From Escherichia coli (lineage in GTDB: Bacteria > Pseudomonadota > Gammaproteobacteria > Enterobacterales > Enterobacteriaceae), in the NCBI RefSeq assembly GCF_024502345.1, contig NZ_JALDNN010000001.1: 64,000 nt of DNA. The stretch is one strand, 5' to 3'. Positions 1-9,390 of the stretch are shown here, piece by piece (the first letter of the stretch is position 1; the number at the start of each line of letters is the position of its first letter). Made by a program: the position numbers and the translations under genes. Under the pieces are notes generated by a model that was not told the DNA's origin, did no database searches, and was given only the letters and a program-made list of their open reading frames with translations.

Positions 1-2
1 AA

Positions 3-1118
3 ACGTTTTTTGTCAAATTTATTGAACAACTGAAAGGTATTTCGGTTGAGGATGATGTTGAATTCAATTTTTTTGAATTGGGTGGTTCCGGATATCTCGA
101 AAATCCAACTACGGATTTGATGGCTTTGTTTATGGGAGCCCAGAAAATGGTGCCGCCATGGTTGCTCAAAGCATTGCTATGTTGCCTAGATGATTCCCTC
201 GATGTTGATGAAATTGATTTCACTTCTCTGGAGCTAATGAGAGAGGCCCGAACAGAAGATGGGAAATATATTGATATTCTTATCAGACATGATGAATTCA
301 TTATAGGTATTGAGCATAAAGTTCTGGCTGATACATATAATCCTTTTCCCAGCTATGTAAGTCTCATTGATAGTTACGGCGGCAACAATCAAAAACTATT
401 TCGCTGTATATTAAAGCCTGACGGTAACAGCGCTAAAGGCGTAGACGGTTGGCAACTGATCAATTATTCACTGCTGCTGGAAACCGCCATTCGACGTCTG
501 GGGTTAGAGATGATGAATCAAGAGTTCAGCAAGTGGACTTTTTTTTATCAGGAGTTTTTAAGTCATCTTAAAAAATTGAGTGAGGTTAGTATGGATAAGG
601 TATCTGATAAAAATGTGGAGTTTGTCACTGAAAATTTCACAGCTTTGATAAAATCGGTTCAATTGCTGGAAATGTACCAAAATGCTATCACCGAGGAAGC
701 TAAATCGGTTGTCTCAGAGGTATTGCCTGATATTCATATTGCAACAGGTATTAATAACTGGAAGGGTTACTATAAAGCAATTCATCTGATGCCGGGATGC
801 TGGGGGCAAGGTAAAACAGGAATTACGTTAGTTTATCGCCCTTCAGAGGATGGTCGAGATGAAGCTGAGTTCTATGTATATGGATGGATACATTCAGATG
901 ATTACCCTGAAGTTAATGCACTAAAAGAAGAAATAAGAGTTGCTTTAAGTGCTGGAGATTTCATTCCAACAGCTAGCCCTGAGGACTATGAAGTATCAAT
1001 TACTGGGAAGGGGAAAGTGCTTGAACTGAGTTTTTGGGGGAATACGAGAAGCAAAAAAGATGCACTGGTTCTTCTTAAGGATATGACTAAGTGGATGGAC
1101 TCAAAAATAAGAACATAA
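3..1118 (+). CDS. Hypothetical protein, 5'-truncated at window edge; PD-(D/E)XK-type nuclease motif (YIDILIRHDEFIIGIEHK)
   Basis: Frame is open from nt 3 with no in-frame stop before the track ORF at 78 (TTG), so the true start is upstream; stop TAA at 1116-1118; AT-rich codon usage. Confidence 0.7.
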   Translation, partial: TFFVKFIEQLKGISVEDDVEFNFFELGGSGYLENPTTDLMALFMGAQKMVPPWLLKALLCCLDDSLDVDEIDFTSLELMREARTEDGKYIDILIRHDEFIIGIEHKVLADTYNPFPSYVSLIDSYGGNNQKLFRCILKPDGNSAKGVDGWQLINYSLLLETAIRRLGLEMMNQEFSKWTFFYQEFLSHLKKLSEVSMDKVSDKNVEFVTENFTALIKSVQLLEMYQNAITEEAKSVVSEVLPDIHIATGINNWKGYYKAIHLMPGCWGQGKTGITLVYRPSEDGRDEAEFYVYGWIHSDDYPEVNALKEEIRVALSAGDFIPTASPEDYEVSITGKGKVLELSFWGNTRSKKDALVLLKDMTKWMDSKIRT

Positions 1119-1222
1119 AGTAATATGACTGAGTGATGACGATCTTTTTTAAATTGTGGATTATTAGGCTGGTAATTGAAGCGCCGAATAGACAGATATT
1201 AGAATAAAAGGAGAATATTCAA

Positions 1223-2404
1223 ATGATTTATCAGTGTGATACTTGCAGTAGAACGACTTTTGAGGTTAATTGTCCCTGGTGTAGTGGAGTTTCGCCTGTA
1301 AAAACGTCTGCATGGGGTTCAGCATCATCGACCTCACAAGCAATAGATATACAACGTATGACACCATTGAATCCATCGTTTTATCCAGAGTTTCAGTATC
1401 GTTCAAAGGGTGTTCTAAAAGATCTATTTGGGAAAAAGAAAGAGCAAACTCAGCTTAATCAATTGCTTGAAAATGTTCTCGAAAAATACTCCAGTTTAAA
1501 AGATCCATATTTTACTAACTTCATTTACACTTCCAGATTCTCACATAATAATAAATCGGAAGCAGATTACTCAACAGATAATGGTACATACTCCGAATTA
1601 CAACTTTTCCGTGAGGTGTTGGTCAGAAAAGGGTTCAATGAGCTTGAAGAGTTACCTGAGCTATTAGATAAATTACTCCTTACCACGTCATTTAACGCTC
1701 TTTATTATGGTTTCGCTAAGGAAGTTAAACGGCATATTAAATCTACACTTACTGAATCCTTGAAGTCATGGATTGAGGAAGCGGGTACCACTTTTAGGGC
1801 AGATCTTTCATTGTTTCTATTCTATATATGGAGCAATAAAATAGAGTTCTCATCAGTAGAGTTCAATGAAAAAGCGGAGGCTACGCCTGGTGTTCCTTTA
1901 GTTTCATTTGATGAAGTTAAAAAATACTTAGCTGTGTGCGAACATATTTATTTTGATATTCTGGTTGATAGATTAGCTACACGGCTCGAACATTTTAACC
2001 CTAACAAATTCGTCACCATGTATTTAGTTGATGCAATGGACGGTTTCCAGTTTGAAGATTTCCTTGTGGAAGTATTCCAGACTATGGGCTATGACGTCAA
2101 AGAAACCAAGAGAACGCAAGATCAGGGGGCAGATCTCTTCGTCACTCGATTTGGTAAGGATATGGTTATTCAGGCGAAAAATTATTCTGGTTCTGTAGGT
2201 AACTCGGCGGTGCAGCAGGTGATCTCTGCTAAAACATTCTATGGTTGTGATGAGGCGATGGTTGTGACTAATTCCTACTTCACTCGCTCTGCGAAAGAGT
2301 TAGCTGAATCAGCCTTGGTACGTCTGATCGACAGGGATGAACTGCAAAAGTATCTGGATGATTACAATCAGAAGATAATTGAAGATTTCCAGTCAAACTC
2401 GTAA
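1223..2404 (+). CDS. Zinc-ribbon protein with C-terminal Mrr-like (type IV restriction endonuclease-like) catalytic domain
   Basis: 393-aa ORF; SD aaggag upstream of ATG; N-terminal CDTC...CPWC; C-terminal GADLFVTRFGKDMVIQAKNYSG...LIDRDEL resembles the Mrr_cat core (D ... QxK). Confidence 0.75.
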   Translation: MIYQCDTCSRTTFEVNCPWCSGVSPVKTSAWGSASSTSQAIDIQRMTPLNPSFYPEFQYRSKGVLKDLFGKKKEQTQLNQLLENVLEKYSSLKDPYFTNFIYTSRFSHNNKSEADYSTDNGTYSELQLFREVLVRKGFNELEELPELLDKLLLTTSFNALYYGFAKEVKRHIKSTLTESLKSWIEEAGTTFRADLSLFLFYIWSNKIEFSSVEFNEKAEATPGVPLVSFDEVKKYLAVCEHIYFDILVDRLATRLEHFNPNKFVTMYLVDAMDGFQFEDFLVEVFQTMGYDVKETKRTQDQGADLFVTRFGKDMVIQAKNYSGSVGNSAVQQVISAKTFYGCDEAMVVTNSYFTRSAKELAESALVRLIDRDELQKYLDDYNQKIIEDFQSNS

Positions 2405-2589
2405 CTTTGCAGTCATATAGATATAGCAAAGGACAGGTAGGCCTCCGTGAGAGGGGGACTTACCTGTGCAGATTCTGTGCTCAAAGTTATCCAAGTCTAT
2501 CTATTTACTGCCAATTACAGTAAAATGAGTAAACAATTACAGCAAAGTTTCGCAATGCACTGCTATGTAACTCATTGATCCTGCGTAGA

Positions 2590-2645
2590 ATTTAAAATCC
2601 CTCGGCGTTCGCGCTGTGCGGGTTCAAGTCCCGCTCCGGGTACCA
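2590..2645 (+). repeat. attR-like partial tRNA-Leu (leuZ) copy: anticodon loop to 3' CCA only
   Basis: atttaaaatccctcggcgttcgcgctgtgcgggttcaagtcccgctccgggtacca matches the 3' half of E. coli leuZ; the preceding sequence does not match the 5' half. Confidence 0.8.
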
Positions 2646-2687
2646 TGGGAAAGATAAGAATAAAATCAAAGCAATAAGCAGTGTCGT

Positions 2688-2713
2688 GAAACCACCTTCG
2701 GGTGGTTTTTTTG
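2688..2713 (+). terminator. Rho-independent terminator downstream of the tRNA 3' end
   Basis: Stem accacc-ttcg-ggtggt followed by a T-run. Confidence 0.75.
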
Positions 2714-2840
2714 TGCCTGCAACTTGTCGTTACACCCTCCTTAATTTTTAATCACCGGCAAAGCCACTCAAAAAGTATCTCTGATACGGACCGGCATGTA
2801 AGATAGGTGCTGGCGAGTTGAGATCCACAAGGAAAAACGT

Positions 2841-3506
2841 ATGAAAACGGGACCGTTAAACGAAAGTGAGTTGGAATGGCTGGACGATATTCTGACCAAA
2901 TACAACACTGACCACGCCATCCTTGATGTGGCGGAGCTGGACGGTTTATTGACGGCGGTGTTGAGTTCTCCGCAAGAGATTGAACCGGAACAGTGGCTGG
3001 TTGCCGTGTGGGGTGGGGCTGACTATGTGCCGCGCTGGGCGTCAGAGAAAGAGATGACGCGCTTTATGAACCTGGCTTTTCAACATATGGCCGATACCGC
3101 AGAGCGTCTGAACGAATTCCCGGAGCAGTTTGAGCCGTTATTCGGCTTGCGAGAAGTTGATGGCAGCGAGCTGACGATTGTTGAGGAGTGGTGCTTTGGC
3201 TATATGCGGGGCGTGGCACTTTCTGACTGGTCAACATTGCCCGATTCGTTAAAACCAGCGCTGGAGGCGATTGCGCTGCACGGTACTGAGGAAAACTTCG
3301 AGCGGGTAGAAAAGATGTCGCCAGAAGCGTTTGAAGAGAGCGTAGATGCCATTCGACTGGCGGCGCTTGATCTACATGCGTACTGGATGGCGCATCCGCA
3401 GGAAAAAGCTGTTCAGCAACCGATCAAAGCAGAAGAGAAACCGGGGCGTAACGATCCTTGCCCGTGCGGTAGTGGTAAGAAATTTAAGCAGTGCTGCCTG
3501 CATTAA
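2841..3506 (+). CDS. yecA: SEC-C motif protein YecA (UPF0149)
   Basis: 221 aa; C-terminal [17 protein letters not shown] metal-binding motif; matches K-12 YecA. Confidence 0.93.
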   Translation: MKTGPLNESELEWLDDILTKYNTDHAILDVAELDGLLTAVLSSPQEIEPEQWLVAVWGGADYVPRWASEKEMTRFMNLAFQHMADTAERLNEFPEQFEPLFGLREVDGSELTIVEEWCFGYMRGVALSDWSTLPDSLKPALEAIALHGTEENFERVEKMSPEAFEESVDAIRLAALDLHAYWMAHPQEKAVQQPIKAEEKPGRNDPCPCGSGKKFKQCCLH

Positions 3507-3567
3507 GAGGCCAAATTGGGTGTCAGCGTTAATTCTGGCACCCAATAAGGAATTTGAGGCTATCTGA

Positions 3568-4779
3568 TCACCCCACTTCTGGTAACAACCCTGCCGCAAT
3601 CAAAAATTGCACGCCAATCACAGCAATACCACAGAGAAACACCACCACCAGCGCCGGACGACCACCTTTGACCCGGTAACCCGCCTGAGGATTGTGCTTT
3701 CTGCTTTGCCAGGTCAACAGCGAAGGGATAATCAATGCCAGTACCGCCAGCGCCACACCGGCGTAACCCAGCGCCATCACAAATCCTCGTGGATAAAACA
3801 GTGCAAACGCCAACGGCGGCAGAAAGGTAATTGCACCAGTTTGCAACCGTCCACCAACGGTATTTGAACGCTGAAATAAATCAGCCAGATAATCAAATAA
3901 GCCTAACGCAACGCCGAGAAATGACGTGGCGAGGGCTAAATCAGCAAATAAATGCACTGCCAGCTCAACATGCGGAGAGGCCACCATTTCGCGTAACGCC
4001 TGTAACAGCCCGTTTAATCCAGCATGATTAGCCAGCAATCCCATAAAGGTTGTTGAATCAATGCTGCCAAGCGTTGCCACCTGCCAGAAAATATATGCCA
4101 CCAGGGGGATCGCACTACCGGTTATAAACACCCAGCGTAGCTTACGAACGTTGCCATCCATATAGCTGACAATACTCGGCACGCTACCGTGAAAACCAAA
4201 TGAGGTAAAAATCACCGGGATTGCTGACAGAGCCAGCCCCTGTTGCAACGGCAGGGTTAAAAGATTCACTTTGTGAATATGCGGTAGCAGCAATACCAGC
4301 ATCACCACCAGAAAAATAATTTTGGCGCTGAACAGAAAACGGTTAAATAAATCGACCAGCGATGTTCCAACACAAACCACGCCACCGGCAACAAAAGTGA
4401 ACAACAGCACGCCAGCGGTTGCCGACATTGAAATACCTGTCCAGTCGCTGATGCTGGAGGCCAACAATTCACCGGCACCGCTGATGTATGCCGCAGTCAG
4501 AGCATACATTAAGAACATCATACTGAAGCCCGTCAGCCACTGACCGTAGCGTCCCAGATAGCGTTTTGCCAGCGTGCCAAGACCGGTATCTGCCGGAACA
4601 TGCTGGTACACCTCCAGCAGTAATAGCGCCGTGTAGCACATCAACGCCCAAAGCCCAATCAACAAGATTAACGTGACGCTAAAACCAACACCTGCCGCAG
4701 CCAGCGGCATTGCCAGCATGCCTGCGCCAATTGTGGTTCCCGCCACGATAAAAACACTTCCCAGAGTTCTGTTTTTCAC
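3568..4779 (-). CDS. tyrP: Tyrosine-specific transporter
   Basis: 403-aa polytopic membrane protein matching K-12 TyrP. Confidence 0.95.
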   Translation of the reverse strand: MKNRTLGSVFIVAGTTIGAGMLAMPLAAAGVGFSVTLILLIGLWALMCYTALLLLEVYQHVPADTGLGTLAKRYLGRYGQWLTGFSMMFLMYALTAAYISGAGELLASSISDWTGISMSATAGVLLFTFVAGGVVCVGTSLVDLFNRFLFSAKIIFLVVMLVLLLPHIHKVNLLTLPLQQGLALSAIPVIFTSFGFHGSVPSIVSYMDGNVRKLRWVFITGSAIPLVAYIFWQVATLGSIDSTTFMGLLANHAGLNGLLQALREMVASPHVELAVHLFADLALATSFLGVALGLFDYLADLFQRSNTVGGRLQTGAITFLPPLAFALFYPRGFVMALGYAGVALAVLALIIPSLLTWQSRKHNPQAGYRVKGGRPALVVVFLCGIAVIGVQFLIAAGLLPEVG

Positions 4780-4870
4780 GCTTTCTTCTGTCCTGACGAT
4801 CTTTATGAGTGATATCTGCGGCGCAGGTTAAGGCATAACGGCTGCTTCGTCAAACCGACGTTACATATGG

Positions 4871-4888
4871 TGTAAATATAAATGTACA
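4871..4888. promoter_or_regulatory. TyrR box-like site upstream of tyrP
   Basis: TGTAAA-tataaa-TGTACA, one mismatch to TGTAAA-N6-TTTACA, about 90-110 nt upstream of the tyrP start. Confidence 0.5.
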
Positions 4889-4969
4889 ATAAAAAGCATT
4901 CAGTTCTGCTCTGGCGCAAAGTCTTCATAAGCGGCAATCGCTACGCTAGGCTTTTTTTGAGGAGGAACG

Positions 4970-5209
4970 ATGGACTCTATTCACGGTCATGAAGTGTTAA
5001 ATATGATGATTGAATCAGGTGAGCAATATACGCATGCCAGTCTGGAAGCTGCGATTAAAGCGCGTTTTGGTGAACAGGCACGTTTTCACACCTGCTCGGC
5101 AGAAGGGATGACAGCGGGAGAGCTGGTGGCGTTTCTGGCAGCAAAAGGCAAATTTATTCCTTCTGAAGACGGTTTTTCGACCGATCAGAGTAAGATTTGC
5201 CGTCACTGA
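4970..5209 (+). CDS. yecH: DUF2492 protein YecH
   Basis: 79 aa matching K-12 YecH. Confidence 0.9.
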   Translation: MDSIHGHEVLNMMIESGEQYTHASLEAAIKARFGEQARFHTCSAEGMTAGELVAFLAAKGKFIPSEDGFSTDQSKICRH

Positions 5210-5246
5210 TTTGAAACGGCGGCAGAAAACCTGCCGCCGGAGAGCA

Positions 5247-5744
5247 TTAGTTTTGTGTGTCGAGGGTAGAGAGTTCTTTGTCGATAAAATACAGACCTTC
5301 GCCGCTTTTGCCTGCCAGGCTTAATTTATCAATAATCGATTTGAACAGTTTCTCTTCTTCATGCTGCTCAGAAACATACCATTGCAGGAAATTAAATGTT
5401 GGGTAGTCCTGATTGGTCATTGCAGCATGAGCCAGTTCGTTAATTTTCTGGGTGATTAATTGTTCGTGTTTATAGGTTTCCTGGAATAATTCATCAAGTG
5501 AGGAATATTCAGCAAACGGAGATTCAACGGTATTAATACGCGGTAAATTGCCGGTATCAGTCAGGTAATCAAACAGACGCTGCATATGCGTCATCTCTTC
5601 CTGGGCGTGACGGCGCAGGAACGCGGCAGCACCTTCGAAGGTATGATAGCTGCACCAGGCGCTCATTTGCTGATAAAGCAGTGAAGAGTACAGTTCCAGG
5701 TTCATCTGCTCATTAAGTTTTTCAATCATTTCTGGTTTCAGCAT
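5247..5744 (-). CDS. ftnA: Ferritin FtnA
   Basis: Track ORF is 170 aa; internal start [10 protein letters not shown] gives the known 165-aa FtnA. Confidence 0.93.
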
Positions 5745-5914
5745 GATAGTGCTCCACAAAGGTTATATTTGTTGCTGTGGCGTCACTATAATTTGTTATT
5801 TTATTATTTGCAAAAGGTAAAATATAAACTTCAATTATTAAAAATACGAATGGGAATAAAACGCATTACCGCTATTTCTTTAATCAGCGAAGATCCCCTC
5901 GCTGATTAAAATAT

Positions 5915-6238
5915 TTAGAGAAAGACAGGGAAGGCGGAATGATGGCACTGATATGACAAAGTGAATTCCGTATTCAAACATAAGGAACCCGCAAAAAGGC
6001 TACAGTTGCCTACTGGCTGACCAAAGGGGATCGCGTGGGTATAGCCTTCCTGCTGGCATGCGCGATCGGCGATCCCGCGACTGACATAACGATCGGTATG
6101 GGCATGCTGCAAAAAAGCCTGGTTATAAACCAACCGTACAATACCTGTTGCCGCGTCAACTTCGCTCACATGGGCCTGGCGAGTAACCGTACACCCCGCC
6201 AGCGTTATTAATGAAAGAGTCAGAATCAGAAGTCTCAT
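5915..6238 (-). CDS. yecR: Lipoprotein YecR
   Basis: 107 aa; signal peptide with lipobox LAGC; matches K-12 YecR. Confidence 0.9.
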   Translation of the reverse strand: MRLLILTLSLITLAGCTVTRQAHVSEVDAATGIVRLVYNQAFLQHAHTDRYVSRGIADRACQQEGYTHAIPFGQPVGNCSLFAGSLCLNTEFTLSYQCHHSAFPVFL

Positions 6239-6402
6239 GGTCCAGCCAGAAGAGTAAGAGAAAGCACTATTTTACGCGTTACAGCGCTGCGACAATGACC
6301 GGAAAAGACGCCTGGCAGGCGCTATTTCTTGCCATCTGTAGGTGTCAGAAATAGGGGGGCTGTTTTTTGATTATCATTTTTATAACATTAAAGGGGTGTT
6401 TA

Positions 6403-6418
6403 TGTGATTTGTATCACA
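6403..6418. promoter_or_regulatory. CRP binding site upstream of azuC
   Basis: TGTGA-tttgta-TCACA, a perfect TGTGA-N6-TCACA. Confidence 0.7.
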
Positions 6419-6432
6419 TAAAGATTGATTTT

Positions 6433-6448
6433 TGTGATGGTTGTCATA
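6433..6448. promoter_or_regulatory. Second CRP-like site upstream of azuC
   Basis: TGTGA-tggttg-TCATA. Confidence 0.5.
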
Positions 6449-6500
6449 TTATAAGCGCAAAGACAATAACACCTGTATAACAAATGGTCGGAGTGCCGCG

Positions 6501-6587
6501 ATGAAACTGCGCAAAATCCTGAAAAGTATGTTCAATAACTATTGCAAGACGTTCAAAGACGTACCGCCAGGCAATATGTTCCGATAA
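6501..6587 (+). CDS. azuC: Small protein AzuC (28 aa), within the AzuCR dual-function RNA locus
   Basis: atgaaactgcgcaaaatcctg... encodes MKLRKILKSMFNNYCKTFKDVPPGNMFR; below the 60-aa track cutoff; terminator follows immediately. Confidence 0.85.
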   Translation: MKLRKILKSMFNNYCKTFKDVPPGNMFR

Positions 6588-6589
6588 CA

Positions 6590-6616
6590 AAAAACCTGCT
6601 CCGGCAGGTTTTTTTG
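6590..6616 (+). terminator. Rho-independent terminator of azuC
   Basis: cctgctccggcagg hairpin followed by a T7 run. Confidence 0.85.
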
Positions 6617-6701
6617 TGTCCTGATGACGGTGGATGTGACTATCGCTGAAGATGTGAAGCCGCTACTATAACGGCTTTCAAAATGCTATCAGGAGTTTAC
6701 G

Positions 6702-6953
6702 ATGTCCCAGCCGCTGAATGCCGATCAGGAACTGGTTTCTGATGTGGTTGCTTGCCAGTTGGTTATCAAACAAATTCTGGATGTTCTCGATGTAATCGCG
6801 CCCGTTGAAGTTCGCGAAAAAATGTCCAGCCAGCTGAAGAATATCGACTTTACTAACCATCCCGCCGCCGCAGACCCGGTCACCATGCGGGCAATCCAAA
6901 AAGCCATCGCGCTGATTGAACTCAAGTTTACCCCACAAGGCGGATCCCATTAA
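6702..6953 (+). CDS. yecJ: DUF2766 protein YecJ
   Basis: 83 aa matching K-12 YecJ. Confidence 0.9.
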   Translation: MSQPLNADQELVSDVVACQLVIKQILDVLDVIAPVEVREKMSSQLKNIDFTNHPAAADPVTMRAIQKAIALIELKFTPQGGSH

Positions 6954-7031
6954 AAAACCGCTGCTTCAAAAAGATGAGGCAGCGGTTTCTCAAAAACTTC
7001 ATCGGCGCAATGCATTAGCGCCGATGTATGA

Positions 7032-7535
7032 TCAATGCAGCTGATGCGACACGACATTCAGAACATGTTGGTCGGTCTGCACTGGGCACATACCAGCAAG
7101 TTTCGCACTGCGCACTTCATCAAGAATGATTTGCAGCAACAGACCATCATGCTGCTGTTCTTTTTCCAGATCGCGCAGGAAATTGACGGTTGAATCATCA
7201 TTCAGTTCTTTCGCTTCATCGGCTAACTGTGCCAACGTACTAGAACGTTGCTCGTATTCTTCCATCGTTTTTTGGAACAGTTCTTCCAGAGAGTTCAGTT
7301 TTTCACCGGGAACATCAATGGCTTTAACGATGGGGGTAGCGCCGACACTCTTCATAAAGTTAAACATGCGCATCATTTGGGTCACATTACTCTGTGCCTG
7401 GGCGCGAAGGAAAGTGGCGGTGCCGTTCAGACTCTGTTCAGAACACCAGTTACTCAGGTGAAGGTAGAGATTGGATGCGTAAAACTCGCGGTTAATTTGA
7501 GAGTTGAGTTTGAGAAGCATTCCAGCGGTTGCCAT
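7032..7535 (-). CDS. ftnB: Ferritin-like protein FtnB
   Basis: 167 aa matching K-12 FtnB. Confidence 0.92.
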   Translation of the reverse strand: MATAGMLLKLNSQINREFYASNLYLHLSNWCSEQSLNGTATFLRAQAQSNVTQMMRMFNFMKSVGATPIVKAIDVPGEKLNSLEELFQKTMEEYEQRSSTLAQLADEAKELNDDSTVNFLRDLEKEQQHDGLLLQIILDEVRSAKLAGMCPVQTDQHVLNVVSHQLH

Positions 7536-8331
7536 ACCTAATATCCTTATATCCAGAAGTGGAGAGGTGCAAGATAAATCAAAACACCATAATTACTGTT
7601 TGCAGAATAATTCCTTTCTGCCGGTCCGAAATGTGATCGTGGAGTCAATTCTGACGATGATCTGAAATAAGAATAACGTCTGAACGGGTATAAGAAAATG
7701 CTTAAATCATCAAGTTTATATATTTTTACATTTCATTGATGAAATCAATGTAACTGCAATGAATTTTAATGATAGTGCTTTTTGTATCTTGTTGATATTA
7801 ATCAATTAATTTGAATTCATGATGAAGTGATGATTTTATAAAACGTTTTTTCATTTTTGCGAGATGGCTCTCATTATACGTGTTCTGTTAATTAATGAGC
7901 ACAGTGATAATTAATGACGAAATGAATGACGTGCATTTTCCACATCTTTGAGTTGCGGTTATTACACCATTTCAAAAACTCAACGCCAGGTAATGCGGCC
8001 TATTGACTGGTTAAAAAGAAGACATCCCGCATGGGTACCAAAGACAACAAGGATTTCCAGGCTAATCTTATGGATTAATCTGCTGTGCATTCGACAATTT
8101 GTCTGACAAATTGGCTTTCCCTTATGTCTTTTCCCGCTAAATTTATGCACGTTCTCACTGTAATTCTGCGATGTGATATTGCTCTCCTATGGAGAATTAA
8201 TTTCTCGCTAAAACTATGTCAACACGGTCACTTATCTTTTAGTTAAAAGGTAATGCTTTGTTTTCCGATTAATTTAACGAATGTCATTCGTTTTTGCCCT
8301 ACACAAAACGACACTAAAGCTGGAGAGAACC

Positions 8332-9321
8332 ATGCACAAATTTACTAAAGCCCTGGCAGCCATTGGTCTGGCAGCTGTTATGTCACAATCCGCTATGGCG
8401 GAGAACCTGAAGCTCGGTTTTCTGGTGAAGCAACCGGAAGAGCCGTGGTTCCAGACCGAATGGAAGTTTGCCGATAAAGCCGGGAAGGATTTAGGGTTTG
8501 AGGTTATTAAGATTGCCGTGCCGGATGGCGAAAAAACATTGAACGCGATCGACAGCCTGGCTGCCAGTGGCGCAAAAGGTTTCGTTATTTGTACTCCGGA
8601 CCCCAAACTCGGCTCTGCCATCGTCGCGAAAGCGCGTGGCTACGATATGAAAGTCATTGCCGTGGATGACCAGTTTGTTAACGCCAAAGGTAAGCCAATG
8701 GATACCGTTCCTCTGGTGATGATGGCGGCGACTAAAATTGGCGAACGTCAGGGCCAGGAACTGTATAAAGAGATGCAGAAACGTGGCTGGGATGTCAAAG
8801 AAAGCGCGGTGATGGCGATTACCGCCAACGAACTGGATACCGCCCGCCGCCGTACAACGGGTTCTATGGACGCACTGAAAGCTGCAGGATTCCCGGAAAA
8901 ACAAATTTATCAGGTACCTACCAAATCTAACGACATCCCGGGGGCATTTGACGCTGCCAACTCAATGCTGGTTCAACATCCGGAAGTTAAACATTGGCTG
9001 ATCGTCGGTATGAACGACAGCACCGTGCTGGGTGGCGTACGCGCGACGGAAGGTCAGGGCTTTAAAGCTGCCGATATCATCGGCATTGGCATTAACGGTG
9101 TGGATGCGGTGAGCGAACTGTCTAAAGCACAGGCAACCGGCTTCTACGGTTCCCTGCTGCCAAGCCCGGACGTACATGGCTATAAATCCAGCGAAATGCT
9201 TTACAACTGGGTAGCAAAAGACGTTGAACCGCCAAAATTTACCGAAGTTACCGACGTGGTGCTGATCACTCGTGACAACTTTAAAGAAGAACTGGAGAAA
9301 AAAGGTTTAGGCGGTAAGTAA
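8332..9321 (+). CDS. araF: L-arabinose ABC transporter periplasmic binding protein
   Basis: Track ORF 346 aa; internal start MHKFTKALAAIG with SD ggagag gives 329-aa AraF. Confidence 0.95.
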   Translation: MHKFTKALAAIGLAAVMSQSAMAENLKLGFLVKQPEEPWFQTEWKFADKAGKDLGFEVIKIAVPDGEKTLNAIDSLAASGAKGFVICTPDPKLGSAIVAKARGYDMKVIAVDDQFVNAKGKPMDTVPLVMMAATKIGERQGQELYKEMQKRGWDVKESAVMAITANELDTARRRTTGSMDALKAAGFPEKQIYQVPTKSNDIPGAFDAANSMLVQHPEVKHWLIVGMNDSTVLGGVRATEGQGFKAADIIGIGINGVDAVSELSKAQATGFYGSLLPSPDVHGYKSSEMLYNWVAKDVEPPKFTEVTDVVLITRDNFKEELEKKGLGGK

Positions 9322-9390
9322 TTTGCCGGAAAAATTCCCCTCTGCATGATGCAGAGGGGGTGTGAACGACCAGTGATTCACGGAGACGTT

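Larger units (their letters stand above)
1..2645. mobile_element. Right-hand end of a genomic island integrated at tRNA-Leu (leuZ); the window starts inside the island
   Basis: AT-rich non-core genes followed by a partial 3' copy of leuZ (2590-2645) and then native yecA flank; intact tRNA and integrase would lie upstream of the window. Confidence 0.6.

Noticed and set aside
843-866. Walker A-like GCWGQGKT motif in island gene 1
   Set aside because: Too close to the C-terminus (about 90 residues remain) for a P-loop NTPase domain, and no Walker B in a suitable position; probably coincidental.
2521-2645. Possible intact tRNA-Leu gene
   Set aside because: Only the anticodon-loop-to-CCA portion matches leuZ. 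The upstream 30 nt do not form the acceptor and D arms, so this is a partial attR-type copy, not a functional tRNA.
3346-3599. 73-aa and 75-aa ORFs overlapping the yecA 3' end and the tyrP 3' end
   Set aside because: Short, overlapping established genes, no RBS.
5880-5910. Inverted repeat aatcagcga ... tcgctgatt downstream of yecR
   Set aside because: A 9-bp stem without a U-tract on the relevant strand; could be a weak terminator or a binding site, with too little support to annotate.
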